Positions 28,402 to 37,040 of a DNA stretch of 64,000 nucleotides are shown here, one piece after another. Positions within the stretch are counted from its first letter, which is position 1. Each line of letters begins with the position of its first letter. Under the pieces are notes generated by a model. It did no database searches and was not told where the DNA came from. It saw nothing but the letters and a program-made list of their open reading frames with translations. This DNA comes from a virus (lineage: Duplodnaviria > Caudoviricetes): IMG/VR virus record IMGVR_UViG_3300028840_001835. One strand, given 5' to 3'. Both the position numbers and the translations under genes were made by a program.

Positions 28402-28480
28402 TGGTAGTCAGGGTGGGACTCGAACCCACACATTAATGCTTTTTGAAAGCACCGCCTCTACCAGATTGGGCTACCTGACC
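28402..28480 (-). tRNA. tRNA-Leu(CAA), short variable loop
   Basis: GTGCT TTCAAAA AGCAT anticodon arm, GGTTCGAGTCC, ACCA. Confidence 0.8.
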
Positions 28481-28693
28481 TTGCTCTTTACATTCTTTTG
28501 CCTTGTCACACCAGGACATACATATCTTCTCTAAATTAGGATTTACCATCACTCTCTTACACTTGGGGCACTCCCTCTTTATATCATCCTTCCAGAACTC
28601 GATCTGTTCCTTACAGACCTTACACTGTATCTCAGTGATATCTTCTGGCTTCCAGAAGTTGGGATTCATCCCAGGACATCTATGTATCGGCAT
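28433..28693 (-). CDS. small Cys-rich protein (CPG...CxxC...CxxC...WC); ORF runs into tRNA-Leu
   Basis: MPIHRCPG, CKVC, CPKC, CMSWCDKAKEC. Confidence 0.6.
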   Translation of the reverse strand: MPIHRCPGMNPNFWKPEDITEIQCKVCKEQIEFWKDDIKRECPKCKRVMVNPNLEKICMSWCDKAKECKEQGQVAQSGRGGAFKKH

Positions 28694-28699
28694 ATTAAT

Positions 28700-28774
28700 T
28701 GGTGGGTCCGCCCGGAGTCGAACCGGATTCCCAAGGGTAAGAGCCTAGTGCATCGCCGTCAATGCTTCGGACCC
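28700..28774 (-). tRNA. tRNA-Lys(CTT)
   Basis: CTAGG CTCTTAC CCTTG; cloverleaf; ACCA. Confidence 0.9.
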
Positions 28775-29424
28775 ATATATCTATTGTAAACTTGTCTATA
28801 TTTAGTTCTAATCTTTCTTATCTTTGCTTTGGGAACACCCTTACATATATTATATATATCTGAGGTCTGATCCCCAATTATATAAGCCTGAATCTCATCG
28901 TTAAAAACATCCTCACAATACTCCATTGTTGATAACCACTTTGTGATTGCTACCTTAACCTCCGTTGGAAGTTCAAATCTGGTCATCTTGTCAATTTCGT
29001 TTTTAAAATTCTCATTCAAATAATATAGGGCATGACACTTCTCATGTTTAAGCGCCGCCAAATCGCCAGCAGTCGCTATTAGATAAAAATGATCATCCAA
29101 TTCAAGATTAACACAGGCCTCCACAAGATGCTTTAGTATGACCTCCCTCTCTCTAAGATCGGTAAACCACTTGAAGAATTTTACAAGTGAGTTTCCGGGT
29201 ATGTTAAACCCCTCAACCTCATCAAAGTAATTAAACGAACCATGCTTCCTGGAATATAAATCCATGTATGTATCCAAGGTGAAATGCTTGCCCTTTATTT
29301 CTTCGAATGAGGACTCATAAAACTCCTGTGGTCTTAACATGGTTGAACATAAATCGAACTGTGTTGGAAACTTTAGATGGATTAACCCATCTTTAAAATT
29401 AACATGAACATCAACCTCTTTCAT
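28759..29424 (-). CDS. hypothetical protein, possible HEK/HExxH-like metal motif
   Basis: ATG at 29424; LKHEKCHALY; stop lies inside tRNA-Lys. Confidence 0.55.
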   Translation of the reverse strand: MKEVDVHVNFKDGLIHLKFPTQFDLCSTMLRPQEFYESSFEEIKGKHFTLDTYMDLYSRKHGSFNYFDEVEGFNIPGNSLVKFFKWFTDLREREVILKHLVEACVNLELDDHFYLIATAGDLAALKHEKCHALYYLNENFKNEIDKMTRFELPTEVKVAITKWLSTMEYCEDVFNDEIQAYIIGDQTSDIYNICKGVPKAKIRKIRTKYRQVYNRYMGPKH

Positions 29425-29439
29425 AGAACCTCTCAAATT

Positions 29440-29513
29440 TGGCAGGCCGCCTAGGAATCGAACCCAGAGCTGATGGTTTGGAGCCATCCATGTTACCACT
29501 ACACCAACGACCT
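29440..29513 (-). tRNA. tRNA-Trp(CCA)
   Basis: GATGG CTCCAAA CCATC; GCCA end. Confidence 0.92.
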
Positions 29514-29521
29514 ATGATTAT

Positions 29522-30139
29522 TTATGATTCTTTCAAAATCCTTTTTGCGTGTTCTCTCACTATATAGTTATCATCCTTAGAATAAAGAAGGGCCTTGTTC
29601 TTTTTCTCTATGGAATCCATTATCCCGTCCATCTCGTTTATCTTCCAAACATAATCCATCTTCTTGACGATCTTCTCCTTCTGTGTCTGTTTGACCAACG
29701 CCTCATGCCTTTTCCGGACAGAGTCTCTCCACCATATTGGTAAAAGGTTCAACATCAGCTTCTTTAGTGTCCATGGTATCTCTGAATAGAACGGGTCAAT
29801 GATCGTACCGTTCTTCATAAAATCTTTTTTGTTAAACCCTATCCGTATCACGATATCCTTTGTTGGTTCACGTTTCTCACTAAGGAGCGCAAGGAATTCT
29901 CGCTCATCCTTGCCAGGGGTTTCACCATCCATTATATTGGTAAACCTTTCTGGATGCTCATACATGAAAAAGATGGTGTGCTTCATGAATGTGTAATACT
30001 CATGTTTCATATCCCGCCACTTTCGGAATCTGTAGTAAGGATTGATCACTTGAGAGAGAAAAACCCAGGCCATTCTTCTACGAAGTCTCCATCCCGTTAG
30101 TTTGGTAAGTATTTTTCTATCGCCCCATTCCTCTCTCAT
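29522..30139 (-). CDS. hypothetical protein
   Basis: 205 aa in operon. Confidence 0.6.
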   Translation of the reverse strand: MREEWGDRKILTKLTGWRLRRRMAWVFLSQVINPYYRFRKWRDMKHEYYTFMKHTIFFMYEHPERFTNIMDGETPGKDEREFLALLSEKREPTKDIVIRIGFNKKDFMKNGTIIDPFYSEIPWTLKKLMLNLLPIWWRDSVRKRHEALVKQTQKEKIVKKMDYVWKINEMDGIMDSIEKKNKALLYSKDDNYIVREHAKRILKES

Positions 30140-30435
30140 CTATAAGTCCTCCCGGAGTATATAGAACGCTCCTCCAGATCCTTAACCCTTTTTTCTAACT
30201 TCTCAATCATCTTTTCAATTTTCCCAAATGGGTTGTCTGTCCATTTGACTTCATATACTTGCTTTGGAATAACTAATTGTATATGAAAGCATGTTGGACA
30301 CCGAAGAACTACCTTATCATTTTCTATCACTGGCTCTGGCAATTTATGCAACGAATCCCTTATACAAGTAAGAGGATGTAAATATTTACTTGTTTGCCAT
30401 TTCTTTATCTGTTCAATTTTCTTTGCATTATTCAA
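30136..30435 (-). CDS. hypothetical protein with Cys/His motif
   Basis: HPLTC, CPTC. Confidence 0.55.
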   Translation of the reverse strand: MNNAKKIEQIKKWQTSKYLHPLTCIRDSLHKLPEPVIENDKVVLRCPTCFHIQLVIPKQVYEVKWTDNPFGKIEKMIEKLEKRVKDLEERSIYSGRTYR

Positions 30436-30980
30436 AATTCAAATCTCCGTGATTCTACATCGTCCGATTTACCAGTTTCCTCTTCGGGTTCATCTCCGAT
30501 TAATATCTTTCTGCTCATCTTTCTAACATATGTATCGGTATCATCCTTGAACACTATCGCCGATTGAGAGTTGTTCTTCATAGATTCGACTTTAATAAGC
30601 TGAGCCTTAAACGTTTCCAGTCTCTGTTTCTCCTCAGTCATATCAGCATACTCCTTGGTAAATTTATAGCATGCCTCATAGAATAAATCCTTCAACGATT
30701 CCGGCACGTTTGATTTGATCGGTTGTAAGAATCCTCCTTCATCTTTTAACAACGCCATGGAATAGGTAATTTTAAGAGCAATATTCTGAACAAATCCTGT
30801 GGCATCCTCGTTGGCGTAAATGGTATAAGTATAATTTTCCGTGTAATTATCATTAAATGACATCTGAAACACATTTGGATGATCCTTAACGATATTAAGG
30901 ATACCCTTCAATACATCATATTCGGGATACTTCTCCCGATCTTTCTCTATCTGTGTTTTGAACTTTAAAAATTTAAACAT
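30432..30980 (-). CDS. hypothetical protein
   Basis: 182 aa. Confidence 0.6.
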   Translation of the reverse strand: MFKFLKFKTQIEKDREKYPEYDVLKGILNIVKDHPNVFQMSFNDNYTENYTYTIYANEDATGFVQNIALKITYSMALLKDEGGFLQPIKSNVPESLKDLFYEACYKFTKEYADMTEEKQRLETFKAQLIKVESMKNNSQSAIVFKDDTDTYVRKMSRKILIGDEPEEETGKSDDVESRRFEF

Positions 30981-30993
30981 AATTTCAATGTAG

Positions 30994-31071
30994 TGGAGCG
31001 GCCTACGGGAGTCGAACCCGTACTTATAGGTTGGAAGCCTACCGTGCTAATCCATTGAACACTAAGGCCGC
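30994..31071 (-). tRNA. tRNA-Gly(TCC)
   Basis: GTAGG CTTCCAA CCTAT; TCCA end. Confidence 0.92.
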
Positions 31072-31086
31072 TTTATCCTATTTATA

Positions 31087-31329
31087 TCACATACGCCTTT
31101 TGACGATCTTCATAAAGTCCTCGGGTATCGTACCCTGGACCCCCATTAGCCAGTAGTCGAACTTCATCTGAAGCTCCTTTGCTCCAAAATCTGTTGGGCC
31201 GCGATCTTGGATCTGACCGAATGCCTTTTTATCTTCGATGTCTTGGAGAACGCTCTCCTCGACCTGCTCCACCTGACCATCACTTATCTCTGTCCGGGGA
31301 AATTCTTTAACTGCGAATCCGAATCCCAT
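31087..31329 (-). CDS. hypothetical protein
   Basis: AGGA RBS, 80 aa. Confidence 0.55.
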   Translation of the reverse strand: MGFGFAVKEFPRTEISDGQVEQVEESVLQDIEDKKAFGQIQDRGPTDFGAKELQMKFDYWLMGVQGTIPEDFMKIVKRRM

Positions 31330-31602
31330 TTTTAGTCCTTTCTCTTGATGTTAATGGTTTTGTTTTGGTGCCTGGGAACAGAGAAAAATAATACCAAGGA
31401 TGATAACAACTAATAAGAATGAACAACAAAAAGACCCAGCGAGCTGATTAACCACAACAACAAATTAGTGTAGGAATCGAACCTTTGCATGCCCGCTATA
31501 CGTTCATCCATTACGAGTGTAATATATTTGGTCTATCCTTCCTTTTCAGAATCCAGGACCGAAGTCCGTTCATCCTAGTTCCACAGGACTTGAATTGAAA
31601 AA

Positions 31603-31896
31603 TTATTCTAGTGGTGAGACTAGGCTATCATAGTCGATATCAATATCGACCTTGACTTTTGCGTTACTCTCTTTGATGGTCTGGTCGATGTTGAACAGGG
31701 CCTTGTTCAGTTCAACGATCTTTCTATCGACATCCTTCACATCATAGGTAGGCTCCTCGACACGTTTCTCTTCCTGTTCCATGCCGTAGTACCTCGTCCT
31801 TGATGTACTCTGATTCTTCAGCTCGTTAAGCTGATGTACTCTCTGCTTCAATGACTTCTCCATTGAGAGCAGAGCATTGATTGATAAGTTAGCCAT
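31603..31896 (-). CDS. coiled-coil protein (DIP1984-like, tentative)
   Basis: GGAGG RBS; own promoter at 31934-31961. Confidence 0.6.
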   Translation of the reverse strand: MANLSINALLSMEKSLKQRVHQLNELKNQSTSRTRYYGMEQEEKRVEEPTYDVKDVDRKIVELNKALFNIDQTIKESNAKVKVDIDIDYDSLVSPLE

Positions 31897-31933
31897 TTGT
31901 TCCTCCTTTTTTGGCTATGATAATTCTATTGAA

Positions 31934-31961
31934 AATATAGTAAAGTTTTTAAGTCTGTCAA
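31934..31961 (-). promoter_or_regulatory. early-type promoter TTGACA-N16-TATATT
   Basis: reverse complement match. Confidence 0.75.
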
Positions 31962-32100
31962 CCTTCATGGTCATACGGAAGGTCTGGTATTGGTAAAACG
32001 TCCTTCGGTACACAAGTCGAATTAAACGCCTCGACACAGGCTGGACATTCTCTCCAGTTCTCACCGTATTCGCAATCTTTAATATGGTTATCCATCTTTG

Positions 32101-32176
32101 TGGTCGGGCACCCGGGAATTGAACCCGGCACCGCTAGCTTATAAGACTAAAGGGATCGACCAGACCTCCGTGCCCA
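32101..32176 (-). tRNA. tRNA-Ile(TAT), atypical D-arm
   Basis: TTAGT CTTATAA GCTAG; CCGGG TTCAATT CCCGG; ACCA. Confidence 0.7.
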
Positions 32177-32183
32177 ATGTGTA

Positions 32184-32384
32184 TTAAGGTTCTTCTATTC
32201 GTTTACTAAACATCATACCTTCTGTCACATAGTTAGGATCATCTAATGTTTGATGAAAAAAGTGAATCCAGACCCTTGAAGAATTGTCCTCTTTTCCTAA
32301 CATGGCAAGCCTGGGCGCATAGACACGTTTCTTCTTGACCCAATAGTATCCAGTCCTCTTCGGAATTCGTTTAGTAAATCTCAT
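32184..32384 (-). CDS. hypothetical protein
   Basis: 66 aa between tRNAs. Confidence 0.5.
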   Translation of the reverse strand: MRFTKRIPKRTGYYWVKKKRVYAPRLAMLGKEDNSSRVWIHFFHQTLDDPNYVTEGMMFSKRIEEP

Positions 32385-32402
32385 TTCAATTTCCTTTCAA
32401 AT

Positions 32403-32477
32403 TGGTGCAAGGAGTGGGAGTTGAACCCACTACAAGTGGTTTATCAGACCGCTCCGCATTACCGATGCGCTCCTTGC
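32403..32477 (-). tRNA. tRNA-Ile(GAT)
   Basis: GCGGT CTGATAA ACCAC; ACCA. Confidence 0.85.
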
Positions 32478-32479
32478 AA

Positions 32480-33205
32480 TTATTCTTCCTCTTCCAAACT
32501 ATTTAGAAGATCATCTGCGTCTTTAAACTTTACCAGGGGCTCCGTTCCGTTTCGTATTCTCTCAGACGTGTCTCTAAGATCCTGAGCCGCTTTATTTCTA
32601 TCCGCGGGTGAACCCATAAAAGATAGTTCCCAGATTATACCGTAAAGAATATGGGCAAAGGAAAACTCTCCCTTATCGTAACTAAACTCCTTAAATCCCG
32701 ACTTCTCTTTATGAAGCGATATATCGACCCTATCACGCAATCTGATCTCTATATTGATAAGCTCGTTACAAGGGGTGAACTCTATCGCCCAATGTATTCT
32801 ATCGCCCTTCTTACATTCTATTATATCGGTACCTTCAGCATACTTGTCTTTTGGCTGTTCAAAACCAACGCCATGAAAGTCTGGAAACATCATACCTTCC
32901 AGAGTCCTTTCACCATCAAACTTCCAAGATTCAAGACACCAGTAAAGTTCTAAGTATTCAATCTCATGATCCCGTCCACCTGGCGAGCCCTTGAGACCTT
33001 CAGCAACCAGTTCATCAACCCAGTTGCCAAATAATACATTGTAAAAAGTTATATCCCGCTGAAGTAGAAGAAACACATCCTTGAGAGTAACTCCTTTTTC
33101 AATCTCACAAGCATAAAATAGAAATCTGGTGGCGAATGGGGTCACATCGTTTTTGCGTTCCGTGTCCCAGAGCAGACCTCCTTTTTTAATCATCACTTTT
33201 GTCAT
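32480..33205 (-). CDS. hypothetical acidic protein
   Basis: 241 aa. Confidence 0.65.
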   Translation of the reverse strand: MTKVMIKKGGLLWDTERKNDVTPFATRFLFYACEIEKGVTLKDVFLLLQRDITFYNVLFGNWVDELVAEGLKGSPGGRDHEIEYLELYWCLESWKFDGERTLEGMMFPDFHGVGFEQPKDKYAEGTDIIECKKGDRIHWAIEFTPCNELINIEIRLRDRVDISLHKEKSGFKEFSYDKGEFSFAHILYGIIWELSFMGSPADRNKAAQDLRDTSERIRNGTEPLVKFKDADDLLNSLEEEE

Positions 33206-33371
33206 TGTGCTCCTCTAATATCTTCTTCATTGGCATTCCACATTTTCTACAGACCATATTTTTATAATCTACCACATGAATACAGAATGATTTTCTTTCC
33301 TTTGTTTTGTTCACTGATGGAATATATATCGACCAATCGATCATATCCATCGCAATCTTTCCAAGATCCAT
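33186..33371 (-). CDS. small Cys/His protein
   Basis: CIH...CRKCG. Confidence 0.5.
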   Translation of the reverse strand: MDLGKIAMDMIDWSIYIPSVNKTKERKSFCIHVVDYKNMVCRKCGMPMKKILEEHNDKSDD

Positions 33372-33374
33372 TTC

Positions 33375-33518
33375 TTATCCTTTCTTCTTTTTCTTTTTCT
33401 TCTTTCTGACTTCGCCTTTTCTTAGACACCCACAGGGCGAGTATCTGGAACAACCACAGTTATCACATTGATAACTTGGTCTCTTGGCGGTTGACCTTCT
33501 AAATGAGATTCTACCCAT
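33375..33518 (-). CDS. 47-aa very basic Cys-rich protein (not in ORF track)
   Basis: MGRISFRRSTAKRPSYQCDNCGCSRYSPCGCLRKGEVRKKKKKKKKG; GGTGGA RBS. Confidence 0.6.
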   Translation of the reverse strand: MGRISFRRSTAKRPSYQCDNCGCSRYSPCGCLRKGEVRKKKKKKKKG

Positions 33519-33531
33519 ATATGTTCCACCT

Positions 33532-33819
33532 TTATTTAATTGACAATCGTTCCTTGACCATTGAATATAATGTTCCTACAATCCATCCTCTTTTTGTTGC
33601 ATAATATTTAATTCTTACAGTAGTTGCTTTCTTATTGATATCAAAGTAACCATCCAACTGACTGGGGTCCAGCTCAAATACATTAAACGCACAAACATCC
33701 TGGGTCCACTGTCGTTCTAAAATCTTTCTAATGTCTTTATTAAATATTATGATGGGATCTTGACCAGAACCAATTGACTCAAGGATGCCCACGGCCTCGC
33801 CAATATTTAAACTAATCAT
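33532..33819 (-). CDS. hypothetical protein
   Basis: 95 aa. Confidence 0.5.
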   Translation of the reverse strand: MISLNIGEAVGILESIGSGQDPIIIFNKDIRKILERQWTQDVCAFNVFELDPSQLDGYFDINKKATTVRIKYYATKRGWIVGTLYSMVKERLSIK

Positions 33820-33885
33820 TTCAAAATCCTTTCAAGAGATTGATGCCCTACCTCATTTATAGGGCATCCATATATTTGTTATCTT

Positions 33886-34173
33886 CTATATTAATTTTTG
33901 CAAGTCATCTAAATGTGGTTTTATTTTCTTCTCAAAATCCTTTACGATATTACTATCGCCACCAGGGGTCCAGATTTTAAAATTCTTAGGATCATTAATA
34001 TTAGCAAGTTGTCCATTGCTAATTTTACTTGATGCAAATTCAACCCAAGGACCACCTTTCATTTTCTGTACACCTGTTACTCTAAAACTTGCATCTCCTA
34101 AAACAGTAGATAATAGTTTTTCAATTTTCTTCTTTTGAACCTTTTCGGTCATTAAATAAGATTTCCAGTTCAT
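33886..34173 (-). CDS. CTS-like protein (MNWKSYLMTE)
   Basis: TATAAATA at 34192-34199 and GGAGG RBS upstream. Confidence 0.7.
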   Translation of the reverse strand: MNWKSYLMTEKVQKKKIEKLLSTVLGDASFRVTGVQKMKGGPWVEFASSKISNGQLANINDPKNFKIWTPGGDSNIVKDFEKKIKPHLDDLQKLI

Positions 34174-34201
34174 ACAATCCTCCTTTGATTGTATTTATAT
34201 T

Positions 34202-34276
34202 TGGTACCCAGTGAGGGACTCGAACCCCCGTCTGCTGGATGTAAGCCAGATATTCTAGCCGCTGAACTAACCGGGC
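34202..34276 (-). tRNA. tRNA-Val(TAC)
   Basis: TCTGG CTTACAT CCAGC; ACCA. Confidence 0.9.
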
Positions 34277-34284
34277 ACAATTAT

Positions 34285-34611
34285 TTATATTCCGTATACC
34301 TTATTTTTAATTTCCTGGATCACCTTTTCATCGACAGGCATGGTCTCGGGTCCAGGTCTCTCAATCTGTCTCCGGGTCCGTCCCTTCATCTCGCAGTAAG
34401 CAATATGATAATGACGGAAGTCCCTTCTCATGCCAAAGAGCTGTCCCTGCTCTCTCCAGACAGCTTCACCTTTTCTCTGCTTATCCCGAAGGTCTCTCTT
34501 AAATCTTCCAAGTCCCTTTGCCTTTAGTTTGATAACCTGCTTTAGTGCCCGAAATCTTTCTTTGGTGCCAATGATTGCGTCCAATCCTTTTTCGTCTATC
34601 ATAAGTTCCAT
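34285..34611 (-). CDS. basic hypothetical protein (RHYHIAYCEMKGR motif)
   Basis: GGAG RBS; directly downstream of the Pth2-like gene. Confidence 0.7.
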   Translation of the reverse strand: MELMIDEKGLDAIIGTKERFRALKQVIKLKAKGLGRFKRDLRDKQRKGEAVWREQGQLFGMRRDFRHYHIAYCEMKGRTRRQIERPGPETMPVDEKVIQEIKNKVYGI

Positions 34612-34693
34612 AATATATCTCCTTTTAAGTTAGTGTTTAATTGTATCCGTGTTCAATCAATATATTATGGTGGTTTGAATACATGGTTCTAAG

Positions 34694-35026
34694 TCATGCT
34701 CCCTCCCTCATTAGTTTAAGGTTTGAGAACACCTTCCTCTTATCACCCTTAATGGGTGTCGTGGAGAAGGCCGTGATTATGTTACCAATATCCGGTTCCC
34801 TAAATATGTATGTCTTTATCTCTTTCTGTTTCGCCTTATATAATAATTTTTCAATCGTTTGTTCATCGGTGTTACAGAGTACCAAATGTGGATGTGTCTC
34901 TGTACCATTCATATACATTCTTGCCATCTCTATCGCTGCATGACAAGACTGAACACATTGTTGAGGGATAGAAAGATCGTCCCTCACAACAACATAAACG
35001 TATTCGGTTTCCTAGGTATGATTCAT
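34694..35026 (-). CDS. Pth2-like (peptidyl-tRNA hydrolase 2 fold) gene with in-frame TAG at codon 5
   Basis: ATG AAT CAT ACC TAG GAA ACC GAA TAC GTT TAT GTT GTT GTG AGG GAC GAT; YVYVVVRDDLS..QQCVQSCHAA, FREPDIGNIITA. Confidence 0.7.
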
Positions 35027-35027
35027 T

Positions 35028-35285
35028 TTATTTCACCTTCTTTTTAATCAATCGTATACTTGCTTCAATTTGTTTTAACTGCTTTTTCATTACCTGTACA
35101 TTCTCTGTGCCAAGTGCCTGTTCAAAAACTTCAATATTTTGTTTTAAAACATTAACCCTATCTTTCACATAAGCCGCGTATTCTAATCCACCTTCTTTTC
35201 TAGGCTTATATACGCCTCTCTGTTTCATCACTTTCATTACGCCAGCAAAATCGTCACCATCTTTCAAATAGTTTTTATAGTCCAT
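35028..35285 (-). CDS. CTS-like protein (MDYKNYLKD)
   Basis: TATAAATA at 35314-35321 and GGAG RBS upstream. Confidence 0.65.
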   Translation of the reverse strand: MDYKNYLKDGDDFAGVMKVMKQRGVYKPRKEGGLEYAAYVKDRVNVLKQNIEVFEQALGTENVQVMKKQLKQIEASIRLIKKKVK

Positions 35286-35323
35286 ATTGTCGCTCCTAAT
35301 GTTGATACATTAGTATTTATATT

Positions 35324-35399
35324 TGGTGCGTCCGGGTGGACTTGAACCACCAACCAGAGTGTTTAGAATACTCTGCTCTACGAGTTGAGCTACGGACGC
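35324..35399 (-). tRNA. amber suppressor tRNA (anticodon CTA)
   Basis: GCGTCCG/CGGACGC acceptor, GAGTA TTCTAAA CACTC anticodon arm, GGTGG TTCAAGT CCACC, ACCA. Confidence 0.8.
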
Positions 35400-35400
35400 A

Positions 35401-35478
35401 TGGTGCCCAGAGTGGGATTCGAACCCACACATTAATTGGCTCTCGACCAACCTCCTCTACCAATTGGGATACCTGGAC
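35401..35478 (-). tRNA. tRNA-Leu(GAG), short variable loop, C at position 33
   Basis: GTTGG TCGAGAG CCAAT; ACCA. Confidence 0.75.
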
Positions 35479-35492
35479 ATGATTAAAAGTTC

Positions 35493-35567
35493 TGGTGGAG
35501 TCGAGGGGAATCGAACCCCTATCTCCTGGGTGCAAGCCAAGCATGTTTCCGTTGTCACCACGACCCC
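35493..35567 (-). tRNA. tRNA-Ala(TGC)
   Basis: CTTGG CTTGCAC CCAGG; G3-U70. Confidence 0.92.
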
Positions 35568-35611
35568 TTTAATTTTATTTATATCTAACATGAATGGATT
35601 GGTTTACTGTT

Positions 35612-36028
35612 CTATTTGATTTTCACTTTTCTAGTCTGCGCGGATTCCTTTATAGGAATCTTTATAGTTAGCAGACCATTCTCCAGCTTGGCTTCAAGAT
35701 TGTCAAGTTCAAACTTGGCTCCTATCTTCCAGGCATGGTTGAATGATTTTCTTGTGATATGTCTGGCGATATAGTCTGACTCGGGAATATCCCGGGCCTT
35801 TTTATCGTACTTCACACCAAGGATATCCCCCTCAATGGAAATTTCTATATCGTCCTTCTTCAGACCAAGAGCTGCGATCTGTAGCTCCAATCCATCTGTT
35901 CTTTTGAGTATATCAACCGGGTAACCAATCTTCACAGAACCATCTTGTATCGGACCAAAACCCGTGTGTGATTCAAAAATGTTGCTGAATAGGATGTCGA
36001 ACTCATCCCAGTTAAATAGTGTAGTCAT
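35612..36028 (-). CDS. small heat shock protein (Hsp20)
   Basis: YPVDI, IAALG..KDDIEI, GI.RKSF-like HITRKSF, AKLENGLLTI. Confidence 0.9.
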   Translation of the reverse strand: MTTLFNWDEFDILFSNIFESHTGFGPIQDGSVKIGYPVDILKRTDGLELQIAALGLKKDDIEISIEGDILGVKYDKKARDIPESDYIARHITRKSFNHAWKIGAKFELDNLEAKLENGLLTIKIPIKESAQTRKVKIK

Positions 36029-36146
36029 ACTTTCCTCCTTGTGCCCTTAGGTCACATTTCAATAATTGTTGAATGGTTATCCAATCCATCCATTCTCTTA
36101 ATGTAGAAATATTTATATCCTTTCGGTAGTATATTTTGGACTTAAT

Positions 36147-36764
36147 TTATCTCAATTTGTCAAACATTCCGATGTTACCTTTACAGTATTCCTTCAACTG
36201 TTTCAACCAGGCGTCTGACTTGATCTTGAACATCATGGGATAGGAGAACTTCTTAGGCCTCTCGGCACCCTTACACACCACACCTTCAAATGTCATCCCC
36301 TCAAGTGTCGAATCCTTCACGCTGTCAACAAAGTCCTTGGTGACCTCTCCTCTATATAGAAGGCGGGCCTCGAACCCAGAGTCCCCAAATAATTTAAGGA
36401 ACTCCTGCGGTGTCATTAACCCCTGCTTATATACACTAACATCAATCAACTTGACCTCATGTATCTCTTTGGTATGCTGACCAAACATTGAATGTTCGCC
36501 TAAGTATTCAAAGAAACAGATAACCTTCTGATATCTCTGTCGTTTGAATATATGATTGAAGTACGGCTCCGTGTTCTTTATCAGCTGCTTTGCCTCACCA
36601 AGAAGCGGATCATTCTCATCTAGTAATCTCCTCCGGGAACCAAACTTCCAGAATCCTTTTCTATGATCCCACTCCGCACGAACATTAGAACCATCGAGTT
36701 TATCAAACGCATAGACCTTGCCTGAATGATTTTTATAATGTGCTATGGTCATATACTCTTTCAT
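36147..36764 (-). CDS. RNA-ligase-like nucleotidyltransferase (minimal catalytic domain)
   Basis: DKLDGSN motif I, FFEYLG, LIDV, EGVVCK, MFKIKS. Confidence 0.7.
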   Translation of the reverse strand: MKEYMTIAHYKNHSGKVYAFDKLDGSNVRAEWDHRKGFWKFGSRRRLLDENDPLLGEAKQLIKNTEPYFNHIFKRQRYQKVICFFEYLGEHSMFGQHTKEIHEVKLIDVSVYKQGLMTPQEFLKLFGDSGFEARLLYRGEVTKDFVDSVKDSTLEGMTFEGVVCKGAERPKKFSYPMMFKIKSDAWLKQLKEYCKGNIGMFDKLR

Positions 36765-36767
36765 GAT

Positions 36768-37040
36768 TCACCTTTTTGATTTCTTTATCTTCATGCAGGT
36801 TCCGAATGTTTTCTTCTTACGAATAAACCTAATCCACTTCTGAACTCTCTCATTCTTCAACAATCTTTCCGATGTATTGTAATAATCACGAAGTTCATTA
36901 TTGGTAAATAGTAGATGAACCTGACCATGACAATCTATACATAAAGAGATCGTTTCCTTGCCCTTCTTACAAGCAGGAATGAGATGATGCTCCGTGATGT
37001 AATCATTCGGGGTCTCCCTTTGGCAAATTGGGCACCTCAT
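36768..37040 (-). CDS. small HNH endonuclease
   Basis: MRCPICQR, EHHLIP, CIDCHGQVH. Confidence 0.75.
   Translation of the reverse strand: MRCPICQRETPNDYITEHHLIPACKKGKETISLCIDCHGQVHLLFTNNELRDYYNTSERLLKNERVQKWIRFIRKKKTFGTCMKIKKSKR

Noticed and set aside
28402-28480. Opal suppressor (TCA) reading
   Set aside because: Symmetric 5-bp stem places CAA at 34-36
35324-35399. Reading the suppressor tRNA as Arg(TCT)
   Set aside because: That register breaks the GAGT/ACTC pairing around a 7-nt loop; a normal Arg-TCT already exists at 47685-47760
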